Assembly (NCBI GenBank): GCA_963716255.1
Contig: OY970303.1
Span: 6,912,001-6,976,000, forward strand
Source of the DNA: an uncultured Gemmatimonadales bacterium
GTDB lineage: Bacteria > Gemmatimonadota > Gemmatimonadetes > Longimicrobiales > Longimicrobiaceae
Reading direction: 5' to 3'
Length of the DNA: 64,000 nucleotides
In this document: positions 8,471-17,947 of the stretch, in pieces
Layout of the letters: every line of letters starts with the position of its first letter
Numbering within the stretch: position 1 is the first letter of the stretch
Notes under the pieces: generated by a model
Database searches by the model: none
Told to the model about the DNA's origin: nothing
Seen by the model: only the letters and a program-made list of their open reading frames with translations
Program-made: the position numbers and the translations under genes

Positions 8471-9712
8471 ATGATCCGGGAGACCGGGGGCCCGCCCATG
8501 GCCTCGCAGGAGGCTTCCGCTCCGCTCCGGCGGAGCCGTGCCCCCGGCCTCCTCCGGCCGCCCACCCCCTGGCTCGCGGACGTGGAGCCGGGGCGCGTGC
8601 CGGAGGTGGAGCGGCTCCCGGCCCACGCGGAGGTGGTGGTGGTCGGCGGCGGCGTGATCGGCGCCGCCGCCGCGTACTGGCTGGCGAGGATGGGCGCCGG
8701 GGTCCTCCTGCTGGAGTCGCGACTTCCCGGGTGGGGCGCCAGCGGGCGGAACGCCGGGCTGGTGCTGGGCGGCCCCGCCTCGCTGGAGATGGTGCGCGCG
8801 ACGCTGGCCGAGGAGGGGATCGACGCCGGCTACGAGGAGCCGGGGCACCTGGCGCTCGCGTCCAGCGACGCGGTGCTGGCGAGCTTCCGGCGGGAGCTGG
8901 ACGCACGGCCCGCGGGCGCCGCCCCCCTGCACCTGCTGGACCGCGCGGAGTGCGAGGCGCTGCTGGGAACCCGGGTCGCGCCGCGCTTCCTGGGCGGGCG
9001 GTGGATGCCGCTGGCGGGCGCGCTCCACCCCGCGCGCTTCGTCCACGGCCTTGCCGGGGCGGCGGTCCGGCGCGGCGCGGCGCTCGCTTCGCGGACGCCC
9101 GTGCGCCGCCTGCGGCGCGCGGCCGGGGGCGGGGAGTGGGAGGTGGCGACGGCGCGGGGGCGCGTGCGTGCGGGCCGGGTGGTGCTGGCGTGCGGCGCCG
9201 GCGCCGCGCGCCTGTGGCCGCCGCTGGCGGGGGTCCTCGCGGCCACGCGGGGCCAGGTGCTCGCCACCCGCCCGCTCCCCCCCGTCTTCCGCCCGGGGAT
9301 GGCGGTGGACTACGGGTCGCTGTACTGGCGGCAGACCGGGGACGGCACGGTGGTGCTGGGCGGCCTCTTCGGGCTGGACCCGGAGCGGGAGCGGAGCGCG
9401 CGCGAAGCGCTCAACCCGCGCATCCAGGGGGCGCTGGAGCGCTTCCTCCCGGAAGCCTTCCCCGACCTCCCCCGCGTGGCGGTGGCGCGGCGCTGGGCGG
9501 GGATCATGGACGCCACCCCGGACGGCCGGCCGGTGGTGGGGGAGTGGCCCGGCGAGCCGGGGCTGTGGGTGGCGGCCGGCTTCGGCGGCCACGGGCTCCC
9601 CCCCGCGCTGGGCACCGGCCGGGCGCTGGCCCGCGCCATGGTGGAGGGGGAGCGCCCCGCGGAGCTGGACGCGCTGGATCCCGGCCGCTTCCGGGCGACG
9701 GTCCCGTGCTGA
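8471..9712 (+). CDS. FAD-dependent oxidoreductase, DAO/glycine oxidase family
   Basis: VVVVGGGVIG, GASGRNAG, RWAGIMDATPDGRPVVG, GFGGHG; start 8471 or 8498. Confidence 0.9.
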   Translation: MIRETGGPPMASQEASAPLRRSRAPGLLRPPTPWLADVEPGRVPEVERLPAHAEVVVVGGGVIGAAAAYWLARMGAGVLLLESRLPGWGASGRNAGLVLGGPASLEMVRATLAEEGIDAGYEEPGHLALASSDAVLASFRRELDARPAGAAPLHLLDRAECEALLGTRVAPRFLGGRWMPLAGALHPARFVHGLAGAAVRRGAALASRTPVRRLRRAAGGGEWEVATARGRVRAGRVVLACGAGAARLWPPLAGVLAATRGQVLATRPLPPVFRPGMAVDYGSLYWRQTGDGTVVLGGLFGLDPERERSAREALNPRIQGALERFLPEAFPDLPRVAVARRWAGIMDATPDGRPVVGEWPGEPGLWVAAGFGGHGLPPALGTGRALARAMVEGERPAELDALDPGRFRATVPC

Positions 9713-10602
9713 GCCCCGCCTGCGTCCCCATGCTCTTCCGCCGCGCCGCGGACCCCGGGGCGGCCGGCCGCCTGGCGGCGGAGGTGCTGGGGTGGCCGGC
9801 GCTGGGCGGCGGGCTGTACGACGCCGGCGGCGCGGTGGTGGGGTTCACCCCGGCCGGCGCGGACGCGGGGGCGGGGCTCAACCCCGCCTGGGAGCTGGAG
9901 GTGGTCCCGGCGGACTGGGACGACGCCGTGCTCCGCCTGTGCGCCGCGCTGGGCACCACGGTGGAGGCGCTGGCGGGCTCCGTGGCGTACGACGCCGTGG
10001 GGCGCTCGCTCGCCTTTCACGACGCCGCGGGGAACCTGACCGTGCTGGCGCAGCCCACCTGGCGGGCGCGGGTGGGGCGCGCCGGCCGCAAGCTGGGCGG
10101 GCTCATGGCGCTGCGCGAGGCGGAGGGGGGCGCCTCGGCGGTGGTGGGGGCGACGCTGCACGTCGCTTCGCTGCCGCGGTCGCTCCGCTTCTACCGCGAC
10201 CGCCTGGGGCTGACGCCGCTCCGCGTCACGCCGCGCGAGGCCCGCTTCGACGCGGGGCCGCTGATCCTCACCCTGCGCGCCGAGCGGCGGGTGGGGATGG
10301 TGGCCGACGCCGCCCGGCGCGGCGCGCTCCGCGACACGCTGGTGTTCCGGGTGGCGGAGCTGGAGCGGGAGTCGGGCGAGCTGAGGGCGCGGGGGGTGGA
10401 GGTCGCGGCGCCTCGCGAGGGAGGCGCGTGCGCCGAGCGGACCGCCGGCTTCGCCGACCCCGACGGCCACCGTCTGGTCCTGTGGGAGCCGCCAAACCCC
10501 GCGCTCCCCGGCCCGCCCCGCAGCTACGCGTCCGTGCTGGAGCGCATCGCCGCGCGCGCCGCGGCGAGCCACGAGAGCCGCTTCGCCCTGGAGGCCCCAT
10601 GA
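9706..10602 (+). CDS. Two-domain VOC/glyoxalase-like protein
   Basis: LHVASLPRSLRFYRDRLGL...FDAGPLIL...FADPDGHRLVLWEP; degenerate N-terminal repeat FHDAAGNLTVLAQP; start GTG 9706 or ATG 9730. Confidence 0.75.
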   Translation: MLSPACVPMLFRRAADPGAAGRLAAEVLGWPALGGGLYDAGGAVVGFTPAGADAGAGLNPAWELEVVPADWDDAVLRLCAALGTTVEALAGSVAYDAVGRSLAFHDAAGNLTVLAQPTWRARVGRAGRKLGGLMALREAEGGASAVVGATLHVASLPRSLRFYRDRLGLTPLRVTPREARFDAGPLILTLRAERRVGMVADAARRGALRDTLVFRVAELERESGELRARGVEVAAPREGGACAERTAGFADPDGHRLVLWEPPNPALPGPPRSYASVLERIAARAAASHESRFALEAP

Positions 10603-11387
10603 GCCTGCGCAGCGCACCCGTCGTCCTCGTCTTCTACGAGACGAGCCGCATCCGGCAGCAGCGGGAATTGTTCGAGTCCGTGATCGGCGTGCCGGTGATC
10701 GAGGTGGAGCCGCACCTCCCCCACCACCGCCACGGCGTCTTCAAGTACGACGGCGGCGGCGTCGTGCTGTCGCACAACATGTCCGGCCCCAGCCGCTTCC
10801 GCGAGGGCGAGTCCGACGCGCTGGTGACGGCGTTCGGGGTGCCCGCCGGCTGGCCGGCGGAGCGGCTGCGCGCCGGCGGGATGGTGGCGGAGAACGCCGA
10901 CGGGGTGTTCACCGACGCCGAGGGGCGGCACTTCGCCTTCCGCCCCGCGGCCGGGACGGACCGCACCGTGGTGGAGGAGCTGCGGCTGGTGACGCCCGAC
11001 CTGGACGCGTCCGCCGCCTTCTACGAAGGCGCGCTGGACCTGGAGCCGCTGGAGCGCACGGACCACGACGCCCTGTTCGCCACCGGCAGCGTCCCCCTGC
11101 GCCTGGTGCGGGGCGAGGCCGGGCCGGACGGCGGAAAGCTCCGCCACCACTCGTACCTGGTGGTCTTCCACGCCGCGGAGATCGAGGCCGCCCGCGAGGC
11201 GCTGCTGGAGCGCGGGGTGGAGTTCAAGCAGCCGCGCGTGGGCTTCAGCGAGATCGGGGGGACGCTGCGCTTCGACGACCCCGCCGGCCACCGGCTCTGC
11301 CTGTACCTGCCCTCGGCGGAAAGCCTGACCTGGGGGAGCGGCCCCAAGGTGATCGAGATCGCCCGCGGGCACGCGCTGGCCCGCTGA
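10599..11387 (+). CDS. Two-domain VOC/glyoxalase-like protein
   Basis: LVTPDLDASAAFYEGALDL...FDDPAGHRLCLYLPS; ATGA overlap. Confidence 0.8.
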   Translation: MSLRSAPVVLVFYETSRIRQQRELFESVIGVPVIEVEPHLPHHRHGVFKYDGGGVVLSHNMSGPSRFREGESDALVTAFGVPAGWPAERLRAGGMVAENADGVFTDAEGRHFAFRPAAGTDRTVVEELRLVTPDLDASAAFYEGALDLEPLERTDHDALFATGSVPLRLVRGEAGPDGGKLRHHSYLVVFHAAEIEAAREALLERGVEFKQPRVGFSEIGGTLRFDDPAGHRLCLYLPSAESLTWGSGPKVIEIARGHALAR

Positions 11388-11418
11388 CCCACACCACGCC
11401 GCACACGAGGAGGCGCGC

Positions 11419-12420
11419 ATGCTGGCCGACACACGGGTGCTCTACGTGTTCCTGTACGTGCGCGACCTCGCGGTCTCGCGCGCCTTCTACGCGGACACGC
11501 TGGGGCTCAGGGTGATCGAGGAGGACGGGGGGTGCGTCAAGTTCGACGCCGGGCAGGTGATCCTTGCCCTCAACCGCGCCGCCGACTACGGCATCGTCCT
11601 CCCCGACATCAAGGACCACTCCACCGACGTGGTGTGGCTGGTGGACGACGTGCGGCAGGCCACCGAGAACCTGACGGCCCGCGGCGTGGCGTTCAAGCCC
11701 ACCGACTGGTACCAGCCGGGCGGGATCGCCGACTTCTACGACCCCGACGGCCGCTGGCTCACCCTGTACCAGCCCTCCGAGGAGGCCATGGGGTGGCCCA
11801 GCGGCGAGCGGCTGCGCGCGGTGATCGAGGCGCGCCGCGGACGAAACGGCGGCGGCACGGCGCAGCGGGTGTCGCGGCCCGCCGCCCCCGGCGAGGAGCC
11901 CCCCGGCCTGGCCGACGCGGAGCTCATCTACCTCTTCACCTTCGTCCCCAGCAGCCGGGTCGCGGAGGAGTTCTACCACCAGAACCTGGGGCTCAAGGCG
12001 CTGGAGGGCGGGCCGTGCAGCCGCACCTCGGGCGGCGACGAGGAAGGGGTGGTCAAGTACGACACCGGCGGGGTCATCATCGCCACGCACCACGTGGAGC
12101 CGGAGCGCTCGCAGGAGGAGTTCGAGGAGCACCTGTGCCCGCCGCCCGAGCTGGAGGGCGGGCGGATGAAGGGGGTGGCGCCGGTGTTCCACGCCGCCGA
12201 CGCCGAAGCCGCCGGCCGGGAGCTGGCGCGCCTGCGCCCCGACCTCAGCCCCCAGATCACCCGGAGTGAGGTGGGGACCATCGTGCGGGTGGACGATCCC
12301 ACCGGCCACCTGGTCTTCCTGTACGAGCCTTCCGAGGCGGCACTGGCGAACACCCCCAGCGGGGCGAAGATCCGCGAGATCCTGGCCGCCCCGCTGGACG
12401 CGCCCGCGCTCACCGCGTGA
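11419..12420 (+). CDS. Two-domain VOC/glyoxalase-like protein
   Basis: LYVRDLAVSRAFYADTLGL...FYDPDGRWLTLYQP; second domain DDPTGHLVFLYEP; GAGGAGG RBS. Confidence 0.85.
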   Translation: MLADTRVLYVFLYVRDLAVSRAFYADTLGLRVIEEDGGCVKFDAGQVILALNRAADYGIVLPDIKDHSTDVVWLVDDVRQATENLTARGVAFKPTDWYQPGGIADFYDPDGRWLTLYQPSEEAMGWPSGERLRAVIEARRGRNGGGTAQRVSRPAAPGEEPPGLADAELIYLFTFVPSSRVAEEFYHQNLGLKALEGGPCSRTSGGDEEGVVKYDTGGVIIATHHVEPERSQEEFEEHLCPPPELEGGRMKGVAPVFHAADAEAAGRELARLRPDLSPQITRSEVGTIVRVDDPTGHLVFLYEPSEAALANTPSGAKIREILAAPLDAPALTA

Positions 12421-12427
12421 GGTCCCC

Positions 12428-14179
12428 ATGACGCTCCTCCAGCACGCCGGGACCGGCGCGGCGGCCCACCCGCGCCTCCTCCCCTACCTGCTCCAGGTGC
12501 TGGGGGAGAGCGCGCCCGGCCGCCGCGTCCTGGAGCTGGGGTGCGGCACCGGGGAGCTGGCCGTGGCGCTGGCGGAGGCCGGCTACGAGGTCGTCGCCCT
12601 CGACCCCTCCGAGCGCGCCCTGGCCGAGGCGCGGCGCGGCGCCGAGCTGGCGGGAGCGGAGGTGCGCTGGGAGTGCGCCGACCCGCTCCGCGACGACGCC
12701 TGGCCGGTGGACACGGCGGACGCGGTGCTCTGCCTGCGCTGGCCCGCCGCCGCCGCCGACCCGGAGCAACGGCGGCTGCTGCGGCGCGTGCGCCGCCACC
12801 TGGCCGAGGGCGGGGTGGCGGTGATCGGCTACGCGCCGGCCGCCGCCGCGGAAGCGTCCGGTGCCGCCGCCGCCGGGGACGACACCCCTGCGGCGGCGCG
12901 CCGCCGGCGGCTCCTGGAGCTGGAGGTGCGCGCACGCTCGGTCGCCGGGCTCATGGCGCAGGTGCGGCTCTCCGGGCTGGGGGTGGAGCGCATCGACGCC
13001 GACTTCATGGCCCACTTCCCCGCCAGCCCCGCCACCGAATCGGTGCAGTTCGTGGCGCGGCCGCTCCCCGCCCCCCCGGAGGCGCTTGCGGTGGCCGCGT
13101 GGTCCACCCCGGCGGGGATGCGGCTGGACCTGCGCTACGCATCGGACGAGGCCGAGCTGCTGGACCCCGCGCCCACCGCCGTGTGGGAGGAGCTGGTGCG
13201 CTCCGCCGGCCGCGGCGGCGCCGAGGTGATCGCCGCCTACCCGGTGGACGACCCCTACGGCGGGGAGCGCGGCGCGGCGGAGGTCGCCCGCTTCTTCGGC
13301 GTGGCGCTGGAGCCGGGGCAGCTCACCTTCGCCGCGGGGGTCACCTCGCTGCTGCACGACCTGGCCGGCATGGCGGACGGGGGCCCGGTGGCCGCGCCCG
13401 AGCTGGTGCACCCCGACCTGGAGGCGTGGGCGGCGGCGCGCGGGAGCGAGATCCGCCTGCTCCACGGCGACGCCACCCGCGACCGGCTCGCCGCCCACCT
13501 GGAGGCGGCGCGCCCCGCGCTCCTGCACCTGGACCGCCCCGACTTCCTGGGCCGCTTCCTTCCCCTGGACGAGCTGGAGGCGGTGGCGCGGGCGGCGGCG
13601 CGCCTGGGCGCCATGGTGGTGATCGACGAGAGTCCCGCCCCCTACCTGGGCCCGGAGGCGAGCGCCGCCACCCTGGTGGGCCGCCTCGACAACCTGGTGG
13701 TGCTGCGCGGCTTCACCAAGGCGTACTCGCTGGGGGGGATGCGCGCCGCCTTCGCCGTGGCCTCGCCGGGCGCGGCGCGGCGGGTGCGCGAGCTGGTGGC
13801 GCCCATGCAGGTGGGGGAGCTGGCGCTGGAGGCCGCGCTGCGGCTGCTGGCCGCGGGCGACGTGTTCGCGCGGCTGCGCGCCCGCGTCCGCGAGGTCAAG
13901 CCACTGGCCGCGGGGCTGCTGCGGGTGGAGCGGCTGGAGGTGATCCCGAACCACCCCGACCTCCCCTGGGTGGGCGTCGCCGACCCGGGCGGCGCCGCGT
14001 CGGCGCTGCTGGAGGCGCGCGGCATCCGCGCCCTGCGCCCCGCGCCCGCCCCGGTGCTCCCCGAGCTGCGCCTGGAGGTGCTGCGCCTCACCGTCCCCCT
14101 CTCCGACGAGCGGATGGCGCTCTTCCGCGCCCTCCTCGCCGGGGCCGATCCACCCCCACCCGCACGGGAGGTCCCATGA
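12428..14179 (+). CDS. Class I SAM methyltransferase fused to PLP-dependent class I/II aminotransferase-like domain
   Basis: VLELGCGTGELA...VVALDPS at N-terminus; VVIDESP and LRGFTKAYSLGGMRAAF (PLP lysine, HisC-like) at C-terminus. Confidence 0.8.
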   Translation: MTLLQHAGTGAAAHPRLLPYLLQVLGESAPGRRVLELGCGTGELAVALAEAGYEVVALDPSERALAEARRGAELAGAEVRWECADPLRDDAWPVDTADAVLCLRWPAAAADPEQRRLLRRVRRHLAEGGVAVIGYAPAAAAEASGAAAAGDDTPAAARRRRLLELEVRARSVAGLMAQVRLSGLGVERIDADFMAHFPASPATESVQFVARPLPAPPEALAVAAWSTPAGMRLDLRYASDEAELLDPAPTAVWEELVRSAGRGGAEVIAAYPVDDPYGGERGAAEVARFFGVALEPGQLTFAAGVTSLLHDLAGMADGGPVAAPELVHPDLEAWAAARGSEIRLLHGDATRDRLAAHLEAARPALLHLDRPDFLGRFLPLDELEAVARAAARLGAMVVIDESPAPYLGPEASAATLVGRLDNLVVLRGFTKAYSLGGMRAAFAVASPGAARRVRELVAPMQVGELALEAALRLLAAGDVFARLRARVREVKPLAAGLLRVERLEVIPNHPDLPWVGVADPGGAASALLEARGIRALRPAPAPVLPELRLEVLRLTVPLSDERMALFRALLAGADPPPPAREVP

Positions 14180-14931
14180 GCGACGACAAGGCGGCCACGG
14201 CGGGGAACGGCAACGGGGCCGGGGCCCGGCCCGCGTACCGGCGCGCGCTGGTGGTGTCCGCGCACCCCGACGACCCGGAGTTCCTGTTCGGGGCGGCGGT
14301 GGCCAGCCTGGTGGACGCCGGGGCCGAGGTGGCGTACGTGGTGTGCAGCGACGGCGCCAACGGGAGCCGCGACCCGGACGCCACGCGGGCGGAGGTCGCC
14401 GCGGGGCGGTACGAGGAGCAGCGCGCCGCGGCGCGCGAGCTGGGGGTGGAGGAGGTGGCGTTCCTGGACTTCCCGGACGGCCGCCTCGCCCCCACCGACG
14501 AGCTGCGCACCGCCATCGCCCGCGAGATCCGGCGCTTCCGGCCCGAGCTGGTCATCACCCACTTCCCGCGGCGCGCCCTGGACATCCCCATCGAGGCCTC
14601 GCACCCCGACCACTTCGCCGTGGGCGAGGCCACCCTGGCCGCCGTCTTCCCGGACGCCGCCAACGCCCGCGCGCAGCCCGCGCTCCTGGCCGAAGGGCTC
14701 CAGCCGCACCGGGTCAGGGAGGTGTGGATCCCCGGCTACGAGCGCACCGACCACTACGTGGACGCCACGGCGCTGATGGACCGGAAGATCGCCGCCATCC
14801 GCTGCCACCGCAGCCAGGTGGGCGGCGCCGACCCCCGCGAGTCGCTGGCGTGGGTGTACGGGTGGATGAAGGGGGTGGGCGGAGCGGGGGGATACGAGTA
14901 CGCCGAGAACTACAAGCGCATCACGCTCTGA
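14176..14931 (+). CDS. PIG-L/LmbE family deacetylase
   Basis: SAHPDDPE, SDGANG, SHPDH, KIAAIRCHRSQ. Confidence 0.9.
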   Translation: MSDDKAATAGNGNGAGARPAYRRALVVSAHPDDPEFLFGAAVASLVDAGAEVAYVVCSDGANGSRDPDATRAEVAAGRYEEQRAAARELGVEEVAFLDFPDGRLAPTDELRTAIAREIRRFRPELVITHFPRRALDIPIEASHPDHFAVGEATLAAVFPDAANARAQPALLAEGLQPHRVREVWIPGYERTDHYVDATALMDRKIAAIRCHRSQVGGADPRESLAWVYGWMKGVGGAGGYEYAENYKRITL

Positions 14932-14983
14932 CCGCCGCCGCGCCGGGCCGGCGGGAGCGGACGCCCCACCCGAGGAGGACAGC

Positions 14984-15436
14984 ATGCAGATGCAGATGCC
15001 CCGGATCTTCCCCCAGGACCGCCCGGTGCTGGGGAGCCCGCGGATCGTTTCGCTGGTCGTCCACGTCCCCGACCTGGCCGCCTCCCGCGACTTCTTCGCC
15101 GGGGTGCTGGGGCTCCCCGTGGTCGCCGACGACGGCCGCACCGTGCGGCTGGACGCGGGCGGCGTCGTCCTGGACCTCCGCCCGGCGGAGGCCGGCGCGG
15201 AGGCGGCCCCGTGCGTGACCCCCGTCTTCCACGTGGAGGACCTGGGGGACACCGTGTGGCAGCTCGCCAAGCGCGGGATCCCGCTTGCGCCCACCGTCAC
15301 CTACTCGCGCGCCGGGGGCACGGCCCGCCTGGAGGCGCCCTCCGGCCACGCCTTCCAGCTCTGGGAGCCCTCCGACGAGGCGCGCGACGGACCGGGCGGG
15401 CGCAAGCTGGAGGCGCTTCTCGCCGCGCGGCCCTGA
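14984..15436 (+). CDS. Single-domain VOC/glyoxalase-like protein
   Basis: VHVPDLAASRDFFAGVLGL...PVFHVEDL...APSGHAFQLWEPS; GAGGAGG RBS. Confidence 0.85.
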   Translation: MQMQMPRIFPQDRPVLGSPRIVSLVVHVPDLAASRDFFAGVLGLPVVADDGRTVRLDAGGVVLDLRPAEAGAEAAPCVTPVFHVEDLGDTVWQLAKRGIPLAPTVTYSRAGGTARLEAPSGHAFQLWEPSDEARDGPGGRKLEALLAARP

Positions 15437-15449
15437 CCCGCGGCCCGGC

Positions 15450-16892
15450 GTGAGCGCCCCCCCCGGCCTGGCCGCCCCCCCGGAGCCCGCCGCCGCGCAG
15501 GCCGACGGCCAGCTCGGCAGCGGCGCCGTGCGGGCGCTCCGCAGGGAGCTGCGCGGCGCCGTGCTCGTCCCCGGGGACCCGGGGTACGACGACGCCCGCC
15601 GGGTCTACAACGGCCGCGTGGACCGGCGCCCGGCCGCCATCGCGCGCTGCGCCGGCCCCGCCGACGTGCTCGCCGCGCTCCGCTTCGCCCGGGGCGAGGG
15701 GCTGCGGCCGGCGGTGCGGGGCGGAGGGCACTCCGCCGCCGGCCACGGCGTGTGCGAGGGGGGGCTGGTCATCGACCTGTCCGCCATGAAGGGGGTGCGC
15801 GTGGACCCGGCGCGGCGGACCGTGCGCGCGCAGGCGGGGCTCACCTGGGGCGAGCTGGACCACGAGACCCAGGCGTTCGGCCTGGCCACCCCCGGCGCGC
15901 GCATCTCGTCCGCGGGGATCGCGGGGGTGACGCTGGGCGGCGGATACGGCTGGCTGATGCGCCGGCACGGGCTGGCGGTGGACAACCTGCTGTCCGTGGA
16001 GCTGGCCACCGCCGACGGCCGCCTGGCGACCGCCAGCGCGAGCGAGAACCCGGAGCTCTTCTGGGGCCTGCGCGGCGGCGGCGGCAACTTCGGGATCGCC
16101 ACCTCGCTGGTGTACCGGCTGCACCCCGTGGGCCCCCTGGTCACCGGGGGGATGGCCTTCTGGCCGGCGGAGCGGCACGCCGAAGTGCTCCGCTTCTACC
16201 GCGGCCTCATGTCCGCCGCGCCCGACGACCTGTCCGCGCTCTGCAACTTCCTCCTCCTCCCGCCCGCGCCGTTCGTCCCGCCCCACCGGGTGGGCACGCC
16301 GGTCGTCGCCATCGCCGTGTGCCACACCGGCACCCCGGAGGAGGCCCGCCGCGACCTGTCGCCGCTGGGCGAGCTGGGGGAGCCGCTGATCGACCGCATC
16401 GGCCCCATGCCGTACCTCAGGCTGCAGCGCATGTACGACGCGGCCGGCGTCTTCGGGCGGCGGACGCACGGCCGCTGCGGCCACCTGGCGGGGCTGGGCG
16501 ACGGCGCCGTGGACGCGCTGGCGGAGCATGCCGCGCGCATCCCCTCCCCGTACTCCATCGTCATGGTGTCCGCGCTGGGCGGCGCGGTGGCGCGGGTGGG
16601 CGAGCACGACACCGCCTTCGGCCACCGCCGCACCCCGTTCGACGCCGCCGTGGACGCCGTGTGGACCGACCCGCGGGACGACGCGCGGCACTTCCGCTGG
16701 GCGGACGACGCCTGGCGGGCGGTGCGGCCCTTCACCGCCGGCGTGTACGTCAACGAGCTGGGCGACGAGGGCCCCGAGCGCGTGCGGGAAGCGTATCCCC
16801 CGGCGACCTTCCGGCGCCTGGCCGCCCTCAAGGCGGCGTGGGACCCGGACAACCTGTTCCGCCTCAACCAGAACGTCCCCCCGTCCGCGTGA
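15450..16892 (+). CDS. FAD-linked oxidase (berberine-bridge-enzyme-like)
   Basis: VRGGGHSAAG (covalent-FAD His), LFWGLRGGGGNFG, YVN, WDPDNLFRLNQN; start GTG 15450 approximate. Confidence 0.9.
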   Translation: MSAPPGLAAPPEPAAAQADGQLGSGAVRALRRELRGAVLVPGDPGYDDARRVYNGRVDRRPAAIARCAGPADVLAALRFARGEGLRPAVRGGGHSAAGHGVCEGGLVIDLSAMKGVRVDPARRTVRAQAGLTWGELDHETQAFGLATPGARISSAGIAGVTLGGGYGWLMRRHGLAVDNLLSVELATADGRLATASASENPELFWGLRGGGGNFGIATSLVYRLHPVGPLVTGGMAFWPAERHAEVLRFYRGLMSAAPDDLSALCNFLLLPPAPFVPPHRVGTPVVAIAVCHTGTPEEARRDLSPLGELGEPLIDRIGPMPYLRLQRMYDAAGVFGRRTHGRCGHLAGLGDGAVDALAEHAARIPSPYSIVMVSALGGAVARVGEHDTAFGHRRTPFDAAVDAVWTDPRDDARHFRWADDAWRAVRPFTAGVYVNELGDEGPERVREAYPPATFRRLAALKAAWDPDNLFRLNQNVPPSA

Positions 16893-16909
16893 GCGCAAGG
16901 AGGCCCACC

Positions 16910-17947
16910 ATGTCCACCCAGACCGAGCCGGTCGCCGAGGCCCCGGACGCCGTGCTGGCCGGAGCCCGCATCGGCTACCTGATCCTGTACGTGTACGACG
17001 TCGCCGAGTCGCGCGATTTCTACGAGCGCAGGCTGGGGCTGCGGGTGATCGAGGCGGACGAGGACACGGTCAAGCTGGACGCCGGGCGGGTGATCCTCGC
17101 GCTCCACCGCGCGGCCGACTACGGCGTGGTCCTCGCCGGCCGGCGCGACGACGCCTCCGACGTGGTCTTCCTGGTGGACGACCTCAACGCCGCCCGCGCC
17201 GACCTGGAGGCGCGCGGCGTCGCCTTCATCCGCCGCCGCACCTACGAGATCGGCCGCGTGACCGACTTCTACGATCCCAACGGCCACCGGCTGATGATTT
17301 ACGAGCCCTCCGCCACCGCGCTCTCCTGGCCCAGCGCGGCCAAGCTGCGCGAGGTGTGGCGGGCGTGCGGCAGGGGAGGAGCGGAGCTGATCGGCCCGCC
17401 CGCCGCCGAGCTCCCCGCGGACGCCGGCCTGGGGCTGGACGGCAAGCCGCTGGTCTACCTGTTCATGTTCGTCCCCTCCTCCGCCGAGGCCGACGCCTTC
17501 TACGAGGGCGCGCTGGGGCTCCTGCCGGTGGAGCGCGTGCACTGCTGCAACCCGGCGTGCCCGCCGGAGGAAAAGGGGATCGCCAAGTACGACGCGGGCG
17601 GCATGCTGCTCACCACCCACCACATCCACCGGAGCCCCGTGGTGGACGACTTCGGGCGGGTGTACTCGCCGCGCGCGCTGGACCCGGAGCACACCCGCGG
17701 CATCGCCCCCGTCTTCCTGGTGAGCGACATCCGCGGCGCGGTGGAGCGGCTGGAAGCGCGCGGCGTCCGCTTCACCCAGGGACCGGTGAAGTCGCAGATC
17801 GGCGACGTGGCGCGCCTGGAAGCATCCACCGGGCACGCCTTCTTCCTCTACCAGCCCTGGGCCGAAGTGCTCAAGTGGCCCGCGGGCGCGAAGGTGGGGG
17901 AGATCCTGGCGGAGCCGGCCGGCGCGGCCGGGGGGAGGGAGCCATGA
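16910..17947 (+). CDS. Two-domain VOC/glyoxalase-like protein, paralog of 11419..12420
   Basis: LYVYDVAESRDFYERRLGLRVIE...LALHRAADYG...[25 protein letters not shown]. Confidence 0.85.
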   Translation: MSTQTEPVAEAPDAVLAGARIGYLILYVYDVAESRDFYERRLGLRVIEADEDTVKLDAGRVILALHRAADYGVVLAGRRDDASDVVFLVDDLNAARADLEARGVAFIRRRTYEIGRVTDFYDPNGHRLMIYEPSATALSWPSAAKLREVWRACGRGGAELIGPPAAELPADAGLGLDGKPLVYLFMFVPSSAEADAFYEGALGLLPVERVHCCNPACPPEEKGIAKYDAGGMLLTTHHIHRSPVVDDFGRVYSPRALDPEHTRGIAPVFLVSDIRGAVERLEARGVRFTQGPVKSQIGDVARLEASTGHAFFLYQPWAEVLKWPAGAKVGEILAEPAGAAGGREP

